A stretch of DNA of 64,000 nucleotides from Octopus vulgaris (Eukaryota): the NCBI GenBank assembly GCA_951406725.2, contig OX597830.1:11842001-11906000 (forward strand), in the 5' to 3' direction. Positions within the stretch are counted from its first letter, which is position 1. Every line of letters starts with the position of its first letter. The notes beneath the pieces were generated by a model. It had not been told where the DNA came from. It made no database searches and saw only the letters and a list, made by a program, of their open reading frames with translations. Below are positions 1 to 11,533 of this stretch, piece after piece. The position numbers and the translations under genes are program-made.

Positions 1-174
1 TATTCGAACATGCTATGTTTGCCAAATAGAATTTCAAATGACAGGTAACTTGATTTGAAATGACAGGTAACTCATCTCCGGCAGGTGCCACTGAGGTTAC
101 TGTATATCATTGAGCATGCGTTACCTTTAGTCCATAACAATAATGTGTTTTTGAAATTACATCAGGATTGTGTT

Positions 175-870
175 TTTTTAAAAGCTCGTAGAGTAGACCA
201 TCCAAACCAGGCGATTTACCCCTCGTGCAGTTAGCCATCGCTCCCGGTATTTCAGCAGTTTTTATCGGCCTCTCGCAACGCTCCGCCTCCGTCGCCGAGA
301 TCGGGAGCAGTCCGTTGCGGTAGGAAGTGAAGTCCGTCTTTGCGTTTGTGATATTGGCAGTAGATGCGCTTGAAGTGTTTGTGGTGATGTAGTGCTTGTT
401 TGCTGTGTTTTTTTTTTTCCTTTACAGCCTTTATTTTTTCTTCTCTCCTCTTATTGAGTGGATGAGGTGTATTCGTTGTGTTTTTTATTTGTTTTTCTTT
501 TCTCCTTCTTTTAGTTTTTGTTTTCCACTCCACGTTCTCGTCAGACTCTCTGCACGTTATGTCTGATCGTTCAGAATCGGGAAGTGACACGTCATTCATT
601 GGAGCTGAGAGGTGCCTGGTGGAATCCATTATTGCTATGGTGTTGTAGTGGCTGTTATTGTTGTTGTTGCTGGATTTTCTGTTATTTCTGTTGATGTTGT
701 AACTTGTGTTGTTGATGATGATGTTGCTTTTTTTGAGCTTTGGTGACTGTTGTTGCTGGATTCCTTGGTGCCGTTAGAAGAGAGTGACTCTTGGCCTTCC
801 TTCCTACTCTAACGGATATGATGGTGCCGTCTCGGAGATGTATCTGATGAGGGATGGCATATTTGTTAGC
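175..870 (-). mobile_element. Tx1/L1-clade LINE remnant (ORF1-like basic region joined to the pre-RT region of ORF2)
   Basis: Minus strand 175-340 reads DFTSYRNGLLPISATEAERCERPIKTAEIPGAMANCTRGKSPGLDGLLYELLK, i.e. the KSPGxDG motif that precedes LINE RT. The upstream Lys/Thr-rich ORF 252-629 resembles an ORF1 tail. Confidence 0.7.
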
Positions 871-1480
871 TCAGCGGATAAGGATAGCATAGGTTGTTCA
901 CAATACAAATTGGCACGCTAACAAAAACTATAAATTTGTGATCTGCACAATCGATATATATATAGGACCCGTAGAGACGGACCCGGTTACTGGAAGTTGT
1001 CCCTAAAATATTGGGTAGAAGTGGAGATTGTGTACATCGCCTACGTCATCTTTTATTACCTGACAGTCATGCTCCGTAGTTTTTCGTATTTTATGTGTAA
1101 CAAGCTTAAAGTATTACTTCCCGTTTGTTATCCTTAGGTTGAATAGTACGGGTATTATAGAATTTATTTGTCATTTTTTTTGTGTGTGTACGGTGGTTGG
1201 GGACGGAGTCGGACTGATATTGATTGGATCGTAATGTGGCGAACGTGTTTACACAAGTGATGGAGAGTGATGGAGAAGATACACAGTTAAAATACATCAT
1301 TTCATTTGGAAAACAGAGATAAATTTCAATGAGTATTACTTACTCGGATATAGTTCAACACTTTGTCAGTTATTTTACGTTCCATTTCTTGTCTTTATTC
1401 CCGATGCTTTTGGATAGATTTCGGAGCGGTGTTTTTATCGTTCTCACATGTTAAACATCACCGATGTTATCTCCTTGTTA

Positions 1481-1483
<3 letters not shown>

Positions 1484-1559
<76 letters not shown>

Positions 1560-1572
1560 TACTATTATTATT
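1484..1572. repeat. (ATT)n microsatellite
   Basis: Direct inspection. Confidence 0.98.
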
Positions 1573-1574
1573 CA

Positions 1575-1712
1575 CCATGCCAGGGCCAAAATGTTCTGTG
1601 TTTGTTATTTTTGAAAGGATCTATACAAATACAATTCCATAATCCAACAAAATTATTAAACAAATAACACGAAGGTTTCTCCTCTTGTGTTCATAAATTC
1701 TTTAATACCTTT
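1575..1712 (+). mobile_element. Penelope-like GIY-YIG endonuclease C-terminal remnant
   Basis: Reads ..LCLLF..IQIQFHNPTKLLNK*HEGFSSCVHKF, matching the CxLCL..LLNxRxE..CxH end also seen at 8430-8520. Confidence 0.5.
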
Positions 1713-1937
1713 CGATTTTACCAAAAATGCAAATGCAGTAAGATGAGTCCCTCTGTATAATTATCTTGCATATTACTTTCATTTAAACAAGTTGAGATAT
1801 ACTTATTAAAATTACTTAGTATATTTACCTAAGCTTATTTTCTTTTCTTCTTATCTTACCTCGTCATACACCACTTAACCCTTTATAAAGACCCCTTATA
1901 TTTTCGTTCTTTACCTAGCTCATATTTTATATATTCT

Positions 1938-2368
1938 TTTACTCTTTTACTCTTTTTACTTGTTTCAGTCATTTGACTGCGGCCATGCTAGAGCACCGCC
2001 TTTAGTTGAGCAAATCAACCCCAGGACTTATTCTTTGGAAGCCTAGTACTTATTCTGTCGGTCTCTTTTGCCGAACCACTAAGTTACGGGGACGTAAACA
2101 CACCAGCATCGGTTGTCAAGCGATGTTGGGAGGACAAACGCAGACACAAAAACACACACATACATACACACACATATATATATATATATATATATCCATA
2201 TATACGACGGGCTTCTCTCAGTTTCCGTCTACCAAATCCACTCACAAGGCTTTGGTTGGCTCGAGGCTATAGTAGAAGACACTTACTCAAGGTGCCACGC
2301 AGTGGGACTGAACCCGGGACCATGTGGTTCGTAAGCAAGCTACTTACCACACAGCCTCTCCCACGCCT
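1938..2368 (-). mobile_element. tRNA-derived SINE, family A (octopus OK/OR-type), full length
   Basis: Head GGCG..GGCTGTGTGGTAAG (A box) ..GGTTCAGTCCC (B box), internal microsatellite, (GAGTAAAA)n tail; at least 12 related copies in the window. Confidence 0.92.
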
Positions 2369-2896
2369 ACCAACTTAAATTAAACACTAGTTAAATTAAT
2401 CAATTAATATTTATTTACCTTACTTTATTTTGTTTTATTTTATTCTTATTTTTATTTTACTTTATTCTATTTTATTTTATCTTAATCCGTTTTATTCCAC
2501 CTTATTTGAATCAAGTGATAACTTAATATTTTATTCACTCTTAATGAACTTAAATTTTCAATACTACTTTTGTAGCTGGCACCGGTATAACCCGTTGAAG
2601 TTAACCTCTGATCTCTACCCTATAGCTTCCCTCCTAATACTTGGAATAATTCTCTTATCTCCATACACCGTGCTTGAACCACTACACAACACAAAACTGC
2701 TATGGCAGAAGAATTTCTCTATCTTGTTTGCAACCTTCAAACGCCATCCCTTGTCGCTATTTGATAATTCTATCCCACATTGGACTTCGTCACTAGAATT
2801 AGTCATTTGCCATTATACATATGGTCTTCCTCATGCCTTACCACTGAACCTTCCCTTTCCTACTTTTTTCAGTATTCTCCATTCCTGCATATATAC

Positions 2897-2976
<80 letters not shown>

Positions 2977-3108
2977 CATATATATATTCAAACATATAAG
3001 GGATGGCCATAATAGGACATCCGACTCACTAGAAAGAGCAGTTAAATTCCAAACCACTAATAGTTGTAATTCTGAAATGGAAAGAGAAATAAAAACGTTT
3101 ACCCTCTC

Positions 3109-3192
3109 CTTTCTGGACTATGCATAGTTTCGGCAATCTTTTGTAAATAAAATAAATTTATTTACAACTGGCGTTGCCTCTTCAGCAGAAAG
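3109..3192 (-). ncRNA. Type I hammerhead ribozyme (intact consensus core)
   Basis: Minus strand: ctttctg-CTGAAGA-ggcaa..ttgcc-GAAAC-tatgcata-GTC-cagaaag; 7-bp stem I, G-C-closed extended stem II, palindromic stem III ACTATGCATAGT. Confidence 0.92.
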
Positions 3193-3747
3193 CCAAGGAC
3201 TACCATATAGTCACGAGGCGATAATAACCATGCCTCGAGTCTATATGCTATAACTTTTCAAAATCCACCACACTCGCGCGGTTTTCTCAGCAGTAAATAT
3301 AAACTGCCGATTTAATTTCAAAATTAGCCAAAAAATCATTAATTAATAAATTTTAGGGTAGTAAAAAATTCTAGAAAAATTCTTCGCTGCCAGCGGTCAA
3401 GTGAGAAAGAAAAAATAGCCAATAGACTATGTAATATACATTCAAACATATAAGTCTGCTTAGAAACAATCGTCGAGAAACAGAAAGAGCGATAGAACAT
3501 GTAGAATGGCAGTGTGACTCCTGCGAGAGATAATGAAATTACTCGAGAGGGAAATGTCCCTGGATCGAGTCTTAAAGATTTCAAACATAAAATAAAAACT
3601 TAGATGCACTTGAAAACTACCTCCTTTGTTTAATAAAGATTATAGAATGTAGGAAGAGAAAGAACGGTTTTCTACACATACTAAAGTCGGACAAAATGAA
3701 AAAAAAAACTCTTCAATAATCTATTCATATTTTCTAACAAAACAAAT

Positions 3748-4020
3748 GGCTGGTTGTAGGGGATTCCCTACCCAGTCAATATGGATGATGCTTGCAGCCC
3801 TTAGAATAAAAAGAAAAGGACAAAGGGTGGCTGTGCGCAGGATGGGAAAGGTAGCAGGAAGAACCTCTTCTTGGTTATGTAGCTAGAGAAATGAGTTAAG
3901 CTGGAAGCCGGGTAGGTGTGGCGTGATGAGCAGTGATTTGGCCACAAATGGGAGGATGTTGTGGTTCAGGGTCGAAACACCCGATGATCTTTGACTGCCG
4001 TTTGATGGCATCAATTTCTC
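3748..4020 (+). mobile_element. HERO-type (R2-superfamily, REL endonuclease) LINE 3' fragment
   Basis: Reads GCRGFPTQSIWMMLAALRIKRKGQRVAVRRMGKVAGRTSSWL (VGCRGF..SxWLW terminus), followed by a 3' UTR with GAAACACCCGATGA. Confidence 0.75.
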
Positions 4021-4175
4021 CTGGTCAAAGCTACGTTCTTTTAGATGTTATTTACAAAATAAGTATGCGTAATTGACAGTGACATCGAAGCTAGACATTA
4101 CACACTTACTGAGCCCGCTATTCGGCTTTTGTACTTTCTTTTTTTATGAATATAACATACTTTTAATTATTCATA

Positions 4176-4244
<69 letters not shown>

Positions 4245-4294
4245 TATCAAATGAAATAAAGAAAATGAAATAAAAAACAGAACACAAATGATGT

Positions 4295-4388
4295 CGCGGT
4301 ACACGTGTTTCAAGCTTTATAAAACAACTTATTCTTACATCAATGTATAATCGACATAACAGATGGTTTAAAGCTCTCTTCAGCTGCA
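4295..4388 (-). ncRNA. Type I hammerhead ribozyme (one stem I mismatch)
   Basis: Minus: tgcag-CTGAAGA-gagcttta..taaagctt-GAAAC-acgt-GTA-ccgcg; palindromic stem III ACACGTGT; lies in a module bounded by (TA)n on both sides. Confidence 0.82.
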
Positions 4389-4467
4389 TGCAATTGCTAT
4401 ACCAAAGACCTGTATCACATTATGAAAAGTCCGAAAAGGAACATTTGCTATTATCTATAATGGTAGG

Positions 4468-4578
4468 TATATTGAGTTTCACTGAGAAAGTATGTTTGCA
4501 AATCTTCGTAATCAAATAGGTGTGCAGGGTATTATTGGACTTCGAAAATCCGTCCATACTGTATCATCAGTCAATATA
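4468..4578 (-). ncRNA. Degenerate hammerhead (stem III and cleavage triplet missing)
   Basis: Minus: tatattga-CTGATGA-...-GAAAC-tcaatata; the 8-bp stem I is intact but nothing lies between GAAAC and stem I'. Confidence 0.4.
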
Positions 4579-4602
4579 TATATATATGTATGTATGTGTA
4601 TG

Positions 4603-4639
<37 letters not shown>

Positions 4640-4814
4640 ATGTATATTTATTTACTTTATATTAAAATTTTTTATGTATTGATTAAGTCTTTCCTTGTTT
4701 GATTTGCAAAATAGTGGTTTTGTCTCGAATTAATATTATATAATATTTTACTATAAAATTGGATTTAATCCTAAATCTGATTTTTTTCCCTGTAAATTTG
4801 GATTTATTCCCTAA

Positions 4815-4870
<56 letters not shown>

Positions 4871-4954
4871 TGTACATACATACACGCACACATAGAAATA
4901 GATGTATGAATATACATAATATAATTCAAAATATATAAATATAAATATACATAC

Positions 4955-4988
<34 letters not shown>

Positions 4989-5709
4989 AACGAATATATG
5001 CACCAAATAAACAAGAGGAAAAATATTAGTTTGATATTGCCTTTATTTTATCGTTACAGTGTAGGATAAAACTTCTTCGAGTTGCTGTGATACAAAAAAT
5101 ATTTGCATTTCTGTTAGCCATGCTGTAGGTAGAAGTTCATATGTGAGTAACTGCTAGGAGACGAATGTAAGAAGGAGAGAGAACGAGTAAAAGAATTTAC
5201 CTTTCTGAGTTGATAAGAAAAGAAGGTGAAAGCTGAATAGACCCGTGGTGATAAGTCATTCCTCACGGGAAATTTTGGACAGCCGCCAGGCGAAAAAAAG
5301 GTCGAATTAAATCCGGGTACTGTATTTATATTTTTCATAACTAAATTAGGTCAGGTCGAACAAAGTACTTTTCCTCTGTTGTCTTGTACGAACTTTTGGC
5401 ACCCGCAAATGGTTTGTTAAAGAGTAGAACTTATCTCTATGGGAAAGTTGACTCTCATAAATGTTTTAGTGCAAATACCGAGAACAACAGTAAGGAATTC
5501 GTAGAAAAATCTAGACTGGGTTTCGAATCTTGGCCAAGAATTTAGGAAGCAAATCGCTACACACACACACACACACACACGTGCTATATATATACACTTA
5601 CACATACGCATAGATTTATACACAATTTGGTTTTCTGGCAGTATACATAAGTATTAAACAGTTTTTTTTTTGCAGTTAGCAAATATTTTGCTAATGTAGT
5701 TTTAACATT

Positions 5710-5885
5710 GGGGAAGGCGATGACAAACCACCCCAATATCTCTAACGAAAAAAACACTCTGAGAAAGTCAGAACGAAATAATTCTATGGCTTCATACGAT
5801 GGGAGAATTGGCGCCTAGCCGGGACGACTTTCGTTGGAGTGTCATCAACGCGCTGTAAAATCGTATGATACGTGATGATGATGAC
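5710..5885 (+). mobile_element. RTE-like LINE/SINE 3' tail remnant
   Basis: GGAAGGCGATGACAAACCACCCC resembles the RTE/BovB-type 3' motif; ends in (GAT)n. Confidence 0.35.
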
Positions 5886-6149
5886 AATGAGTGTTAACCT
5901 ACTGAATATATTAAACCAAAAAAAAAGAAAAAAGAAAAAAGAAGTATTTTTGCAATCAGCGCTAAAAGGATTAACGCTATGCTAGATCTTACAGCGTAAG
6001 AGTGCGCGTATAAATATATAATCTATAATATATATTATACAATATACTATAACATAATATAACATAATATAATACAATATATGATTATATATGCATATAC
6101 ATACATACATACATACATACATGCATACATACATACATACATACATACA

Positions 6150-6237
<88 letters not shown>

Positions 6238-6492
6238 GTTAGCTCTGATCGAAGTCTTTTCTACTTGCTGAAGCCTTACCACATTATATAATGTTACCTG
6301 ATCGAGCTCTTTTCTACTTGCTGAAGCAGTATATATACACAGTATATATACTGAATCTTCTACATTCAACCATTTTTGACGTCACTGCTTATAACGGAAT
6401 ATTTTAAAGAAACACTCATTATCGCTATGGGCTCCGTGTGGGCAGTCATCCAAAAGTTTTTGTGCATCTTGATGTTGACATAAGTTCCTTGC

Positions 6493-6575
6493 TTTTCCTG
6501 ATGAGAAGGCGGCATAATGCACCCCTTATTCCTTCGAAATTAGGAATATGCAGCCTTCGAAACATATGTCGAAAA
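6493..6575 (+). ncRNA. Type I hammerhead ribozyme (intact consensus core)
   Basis: ttttc-CTGATGA-gaaggcggcata..tatgcagccttc-GAAAC-atat-GTC-gaaaa; palindromic stem III ACATATGT; module 6236-6775 is bounded by (TA)n arrays. Confidence 0.92.
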
Positions 6576-6772
6576 TAAAGGGATTTTGTTAATTCGTCAT
6601 TCAACTCCATTCTTTCATTTATTTGTATTTAAAAAAACACACAAATTTCCACACGAAAGCACGTGATCTCTGCTCTAGGCATGTAGCTTCAACCGTGTTC
6701 TTCTGACGTGAATTTGCTACCCAGGTATCGGTTAACCGAATTATCCATAATAAGATAATTCATTCAACTACT

Positions 6773-6809
<37 letters not shown>

Positions 6810-6812
<3 letters not shown>

Positions 6813-7497
6813 ATACGAATGTATTACTTTCCAGTAAAAGATAGCCCATAAGGGTAAAATTATACATATAAAAGTAAATAAATGGTACAACAAGGCACCA
6901 ATATTTACTGGAGAATAGCAATCGTAATAAATATGACGCTATTGTATAGATTCACTGCGTATATACTAGCAAAGACGTGTGTGTGCAACAAGCATGAAAA
7001 AAATTTGTCTTACCTCTAGGAAGAACATCTGATAAATGGAGAACCTAGAATCGGATAATGCAGTACCGGTTTCAGACTCTTCAAATACGTTTGACAACGT
7101 AGATTTGATTAGTATTCATCAGCTGCATTTACCTAGACAAGATTTCAAATGTTGCCACATCTATGCCAGTACACTCGTCTGAACGCCAAAACGTTAACAG
7201 AACGAGAACAGTGAAAAAGTTTCAATGAAAATAATAATGCAATACGATTGTATTACTTTCCAGTAAAAGATAGCCCGTAAGGGTAAAATTATACATATAA
7301 AAATAAATAAATGGTACAGCAAGGCACCGATATTTACGATTGCTATTTTCCAGTAAATATCGGTGCCTTGTTGTACCATTTATTTACTTTTACATGTATA
7401 ATTTTACCCTTATGGGCTATCTTTTACTGGAAAGTAATACATTCGTATTGCATTATTATTATCATTGAAACTTCTTCATTGTTCTCATTCTTTGATA
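6810..7497. repeat. Direct-plus-inverted repeat module (Penelope pLTR-like) with a ~140-bp-arm hairpin
   Basis: 7195-7337 and 7352-7497 are inverted copies around a ~15-nt loop; 6810-6926 is a third copy, direct to the left arm and including the loop in inverted orientation. Confidence 0.9.
7057..7129 (-). ncRNA. Type I hammerhead ribozyme
   Basis: Minus: aatgcag-CTGATGA-atact..agtct-GAAAC-cg-GTA-ctgcatt; 7-bp stem I, palindromic stem III ACCGGT, one stem II mismatch. Confidence 0.85.
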
Positions 7498-7575
7498 GAA
7501 AATTCAACAAAAAAAGCACTCCATCTGGTGAAAGATAAATATTATTTATTTAAAGGACACAATACATGTATTCAA

Positions 7576-7630
7576 GTGCTACTAATAGTTTCATATGTTG
7601 AGAAATATCTCGAACATATTCATCAGGCAC
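7576..7630 (-). ncRNA. Type I hammerhead ribozyme (intact consensus core)
   Basis: Minus: gtgc-CTGATGA-atatgtt..aacatat-GAAAC-tatta-GTA-gcac. Confidence 0.9.
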
Positions 7631-7901
7631 AAACCACATATTATAACGAATTAAAAAAAATTGAATAATAGAAGAAACGGGAAAAAAACTGAGAAGGTAG
7701 CATATAGAAAACGCAGAAGGTTACAAAAGCGGAAAACGAAAAACAGAAAACAAAAATACAAAAAGTAAAATGTAAAAGGTAAACAGTAAAACAGATAAAA
7801 TACTTATCCTCCTTAGATTTTAAATTATAAGGCTGGAAATATATCAACAAGTTAATCAGGACTATGAGAAATTTTTCAATTCTTCAAAATATATTTATAC
7901 A

Positions 7902-8065
7902 AGGCGCAGGAGTGGCTGTGTGGTAAGTAGCTTGCTAACCAACCACATGGTTCCGGGTTCAGTCCCACTGCGTGGCACCTTGGGCAGGTGTCTTCTGCTA
8001 TAGCCCCGGGCCGACCAATGCCTTGTGAGTGGATTTGGTAGACGGAAACTGAAAGAAGCCCGTCG

Positions 8066-8100
<35 letters not shown>

Positions 8101-8429
8101 CTGTGTTTGTCCCCCTAGCATTGCTTGACAACCGATGCTGGTGTGTTTACGTCCCCGTCACTTAGCAGTTCGGCAAAAAGAGACCGATAGAATAAGTACT
8201 GGGCTTACAAAAAGAATAAGTCCCGGGGTCGATTTGCTCGACTAAAGGCGGTGCTCCAGCATGGCCACAGTCAAATGACTGAAACAAGTAAAAGAGACCA
8301 ATAGAATAAGTACTGGGCTTACAAAGAATAAGTCTCGGGGTCGAGTTGCTCGACTAAAGGCGGTGCTCCAGCATGGCCACAGTCAAATGACTGAAACGAG
8401 TAAAAGTAAAGTAAAGTAAAGGTAAAAGT
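7902..8429 (+). mobile_element. SINE family A with duplicated 3' segment
   Basis: Full head GGCGCAGGAGTGGCTGTGTGGTAAG; the 3' ~110 bp is present twice (about 8184-8296 and 8297-8406); (GTAAA)n tail; interrupts the Penelope ORF end. Confidence 0.93.
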
Positions 8430-8778
8430 ATATGCTTGCAACTCCTGAAAATTTCAGACCTAGAATTCAGAAGAGATTTAGGGATTTGAACAAGATTTGC
8501 ACTCTTTCAGCTAAACAAAGCCTACATTTATTCGATCTATTAACGTAAGGTAGGGATTTCTAAATTATTTTCCACCTAATCACATCTGGTGTTTCGTTAA
8601 CTTTCAAACTCCATACGTAGTTAGCCAACTGAGTAGCTTTGCTTTTGTCCTTATGCCGGAGACTATTTGATTGGCATAGCGATTTTTAAATTCTCTTTCA
8701 CATAATCCAGTATAGGTCTTCTTATCTGATGTATCATTATTTAGGGTTGTTGTAACTTCTGCCTCATATCTGATAGAT
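8430..8778 (-). mobile_element. Penelope-like element GIY-YIG endonuclease remnant (last codons continue at 7876-7900)
   Basis: Reads IRYEAEVTT..KKTYTGLCEREFKNRYAN..KATQLANYVWSLK..IRWKII..PY..SNKCRLCLAERVQIL..LLNSRSEIFRSCKH, then YKYILKN* on the far side of the SINE. Confidence 0.88.
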
Positions 8779-8799
8779 TGTATAATACATTAGATCTAA

Positions 8800-9110
8800 G
8801 ATCTCTAACTCTTTACTGAACTTTACGTCTGAAATTTTCAGTTGTTCGACTCATTTGTTCACTGAGGCTTTCCATACTATTCTGACTTCAGCTATCTTTT
8901 CCGAAGTCTTTACATCGATGTGGCACTTGGTCAGGCTGCTCTTACACGTGTCCTTAAATCTCAGCTTTGGTCGTCTTCTGGGTCTGCTACCCTGAGCCAG
9001 CTCGCCATATAACAGCTGAACTATATATGAACGATGGACTTGCCGCGAAATTTATTAATACAAGTCTGCCGACACAAACCAGTACCAGTCACTTTGGATT
9101 CTGTTTGATC
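8800..9110 (-). mobile_element. RTE-clade LINE C-terminal fragment
   Basis: Reads QLLYGELAQGSRPRRRPKLRFKDTCKSSLTKCHIDVKT. Confidence 0.85.
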
Positions 9111-9401
9111 GTACATGCACACACAACACAACACACATATCCATGTGTGTGTATATATATATATATAAATAAAATATTAGAAAAAACACCTTTTATCAAT
9201 TCAAAATGAATAATTAAATTACACCATCTAGAAAATTACATATAATAGAAAAGTTAAAATTAAAATAATAATAAAAAGTAAAGATTAAGTAAAATTACAA
9301 AAATAATATAATGCATATAATAGGTAATATATATATATATATATAAATATATATGTTTGTGTGTATGTATGTATATGTATATGCATATATGTATATGTAT
9401 A

Positions 9402-9486
<85 letters not shown>

Positions 9487-9505
9487 GTATCTGTATATAT
9501 TTATA

Positions 9506-9550
<45 letters not shown>

Positions 9551-9944
9551 CTAGTCAATGTGTGACAGGTTCCAAAAAGAAACTATGCTCAACTGAATGA
9601 CTTAGTCCGTCAAATCATTTGATAACATACATATATAATTTCAATATTTTCTTTATCTGATACATTTAACATCGATTCTTCCTTTTTCTTTGATTCAGAT
9701 ATGTATAAATTCTTCCCAATATACAAGTAAATAACATATTTGCAAATGCATTGAGCATGACTAGTCATCGAAATTAGATTGGTTACGGAACAGCATTGAG
9801 AAATGCGTTACTCATCTAATTGTCATGCGCAGAATCTTATAGAAAAGTATGTGATACTTCGGTGTTTTGAGGAACATAATTACGAAGCACACGTGAGCAT
9901 GGACGGTGGCTTTTGTTAATGAATTTGCAGAGTTAATGAAAAAA

Positions 9945-10653
9945 AATTAGTTTCTTTTACATTATTCGATCATCTATCAGCTATAGTAAATCTATTCTGT
10001 AGGAAATAAACTGTTTTAGTCAGTTGGTAGTTAGAAAATTCCTCAATAAATAGTAATGTAAGTGGCTGCAAAATTCTCTAATTCCGATCTCTTGTTCGAA
10101 ATGGCAAAAGACTGAAATAGAATTTTAGATATGTTCAAAAGACACAAATATAGTGGGAGATGTGTTCTATAACGGTTTGTAAATTGACAAAATTGTACAT
10201 CTTACTTACTTCAGAATCGATTCCGCTTCGCTGAATTCGGTCTTTACCGCAATGACGGACTACTAATCATTTTCGCAGAATGAATGGTCACATAATGGAA
10301 ACTATTTGAAAGGACATCAATGATATATTTAAAGAATTAAATATTTTGATAATAGCTTAGATATAAGTCTTGATTTATCTGTTGTTAAACGCTGCTCTTA
10401 AAAGTACATCTAATGAGAAATTGCAATATATTAATATAAATTTTGATCACCTCTACGAATTTTAAAAAACTTTGTTAATATCACGTTTATTCGATGATAT
10501 TCGGTTTGTTCGATAACGAGCAATCTTTTAACCATGTTGTTCTTTATAACCATTGCGCATTAAAAGACAGTTCAGTAATCCCTCGACTATTGCGGGCGTT
10601 ACGTTCCAAAAACCCACGTGATAGGTGAAAATCTGCGATGTAGAAACAGTACT

Positions 10654-10720
<67 letters not shown>

Positions 10721-11160
10721 TTTATTTTTATAATTTGTATATATTTATTTTATTATAAATGCAAAACAACACCACGGAGGAATCGACGTAAGCTTAAATA
10801 ATAAATCGCGATAGGTGAACCGCGATAGGTGAACCGCAATATGGCGAGGGATTACTGTATCTTGAAAGACAAAGAGCATTACATAGAGAACAACACTAAT
10901 ATTCATAAAAGAAAAGATAAGAAACTAAATATTATGTATTATAACCCACCCTATAGTTTGAATGTTAGTTTTAATGTTGCCATGGTTTTCCTAGAAGTTA
11001 TAAATAAGCATTCCCTCGTAGACTATAGAAATAGCATTTTAAATAGAAATAGCATTAAGGCATCAGAAGCCGTCGACGCTTCCATAACACATACAGTAAT
11101 ACATAATTTCAGCAACAATAATGTTTGCCTTCTCAAAGGTATCTGTCTTACAAAATCTAA
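9945..11160 (+). mobile_element. Penelope-like element RT remnant, interrupted by a MITE
   Basis: GLYRNDGL (degenerate YRDD) at 10239-10262, YININ..HP-like motif near 10425, YYNPPYSLNVSFNVAMVFLEVINKH..ILNRNSIK and CLLKGICLTKS in ORF 10829-11176. Confidence 0.8.
10573..10857. mobile_element. pogo/Tigger-type MITE
   Basis: 13-bp TIR CAGTAATCCCTCG..CGAGGGATTACTG, right TA target, subterminal CGCGATAGGTGAA repeats, internal (TA)n. Confidence 0.85.
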
Positions 11161-11279
11161 GCTCCCGCCACCTTGAAGATAATGGGTAAAAGAAATGGTA
11201 GAGTTTCCTAAAAATCTCTTTAAAAAGGGTTTCTGACACACACACACAGACACAGAGACACAGAGAAAGACACACACAT

Positions 11280-11533
11280 TTCGTGTGATCAGTGTGGTCG
11301 TGCCTGCTTCTCAAAGGCAGACCTACTCAGCTACAAGTGTGAACCAATCTGATATCCGGCATGCTCTCTCGTGCACCTTGTGTAGCAGAGTGTGTGGGTC
11401 AGCCAGTGGACCCACTCAGCTTTTGTAGGTTGCGACCAGTGCCAGGCTGTTGCTGGAAGGCTGACTTGTGGTCGGCTCGGAATGATTTGTAGATCCCTTT
11501 CAGAACTTAGGTGCCATATGAGACGCCATCATC
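11280..11533 (+). mobile_element. Degenerate C2H2 zinc-finger array, probably an RTE-LINE C-terminus
   Basis: SCDQCGRACFSKADLLSYK, CTLCSRVCGSASG, ICRSLSELRCHMRRH; no TGEKP linkers; frameshifted. Confidence 0.55.

Noticed and set aside
840-860. Isolated CTGATGA/CTGACGA motifs (also about 12364, 16609 and 62584)
   Set aside because: No correctly placed GAAA and paired stems; not called as hammerheads.
2430-2999. 189-aa hydrophobic ORF
   Set aside because: Begins in a T-rich low-complexity tract and ends in (TA)n; no motif.
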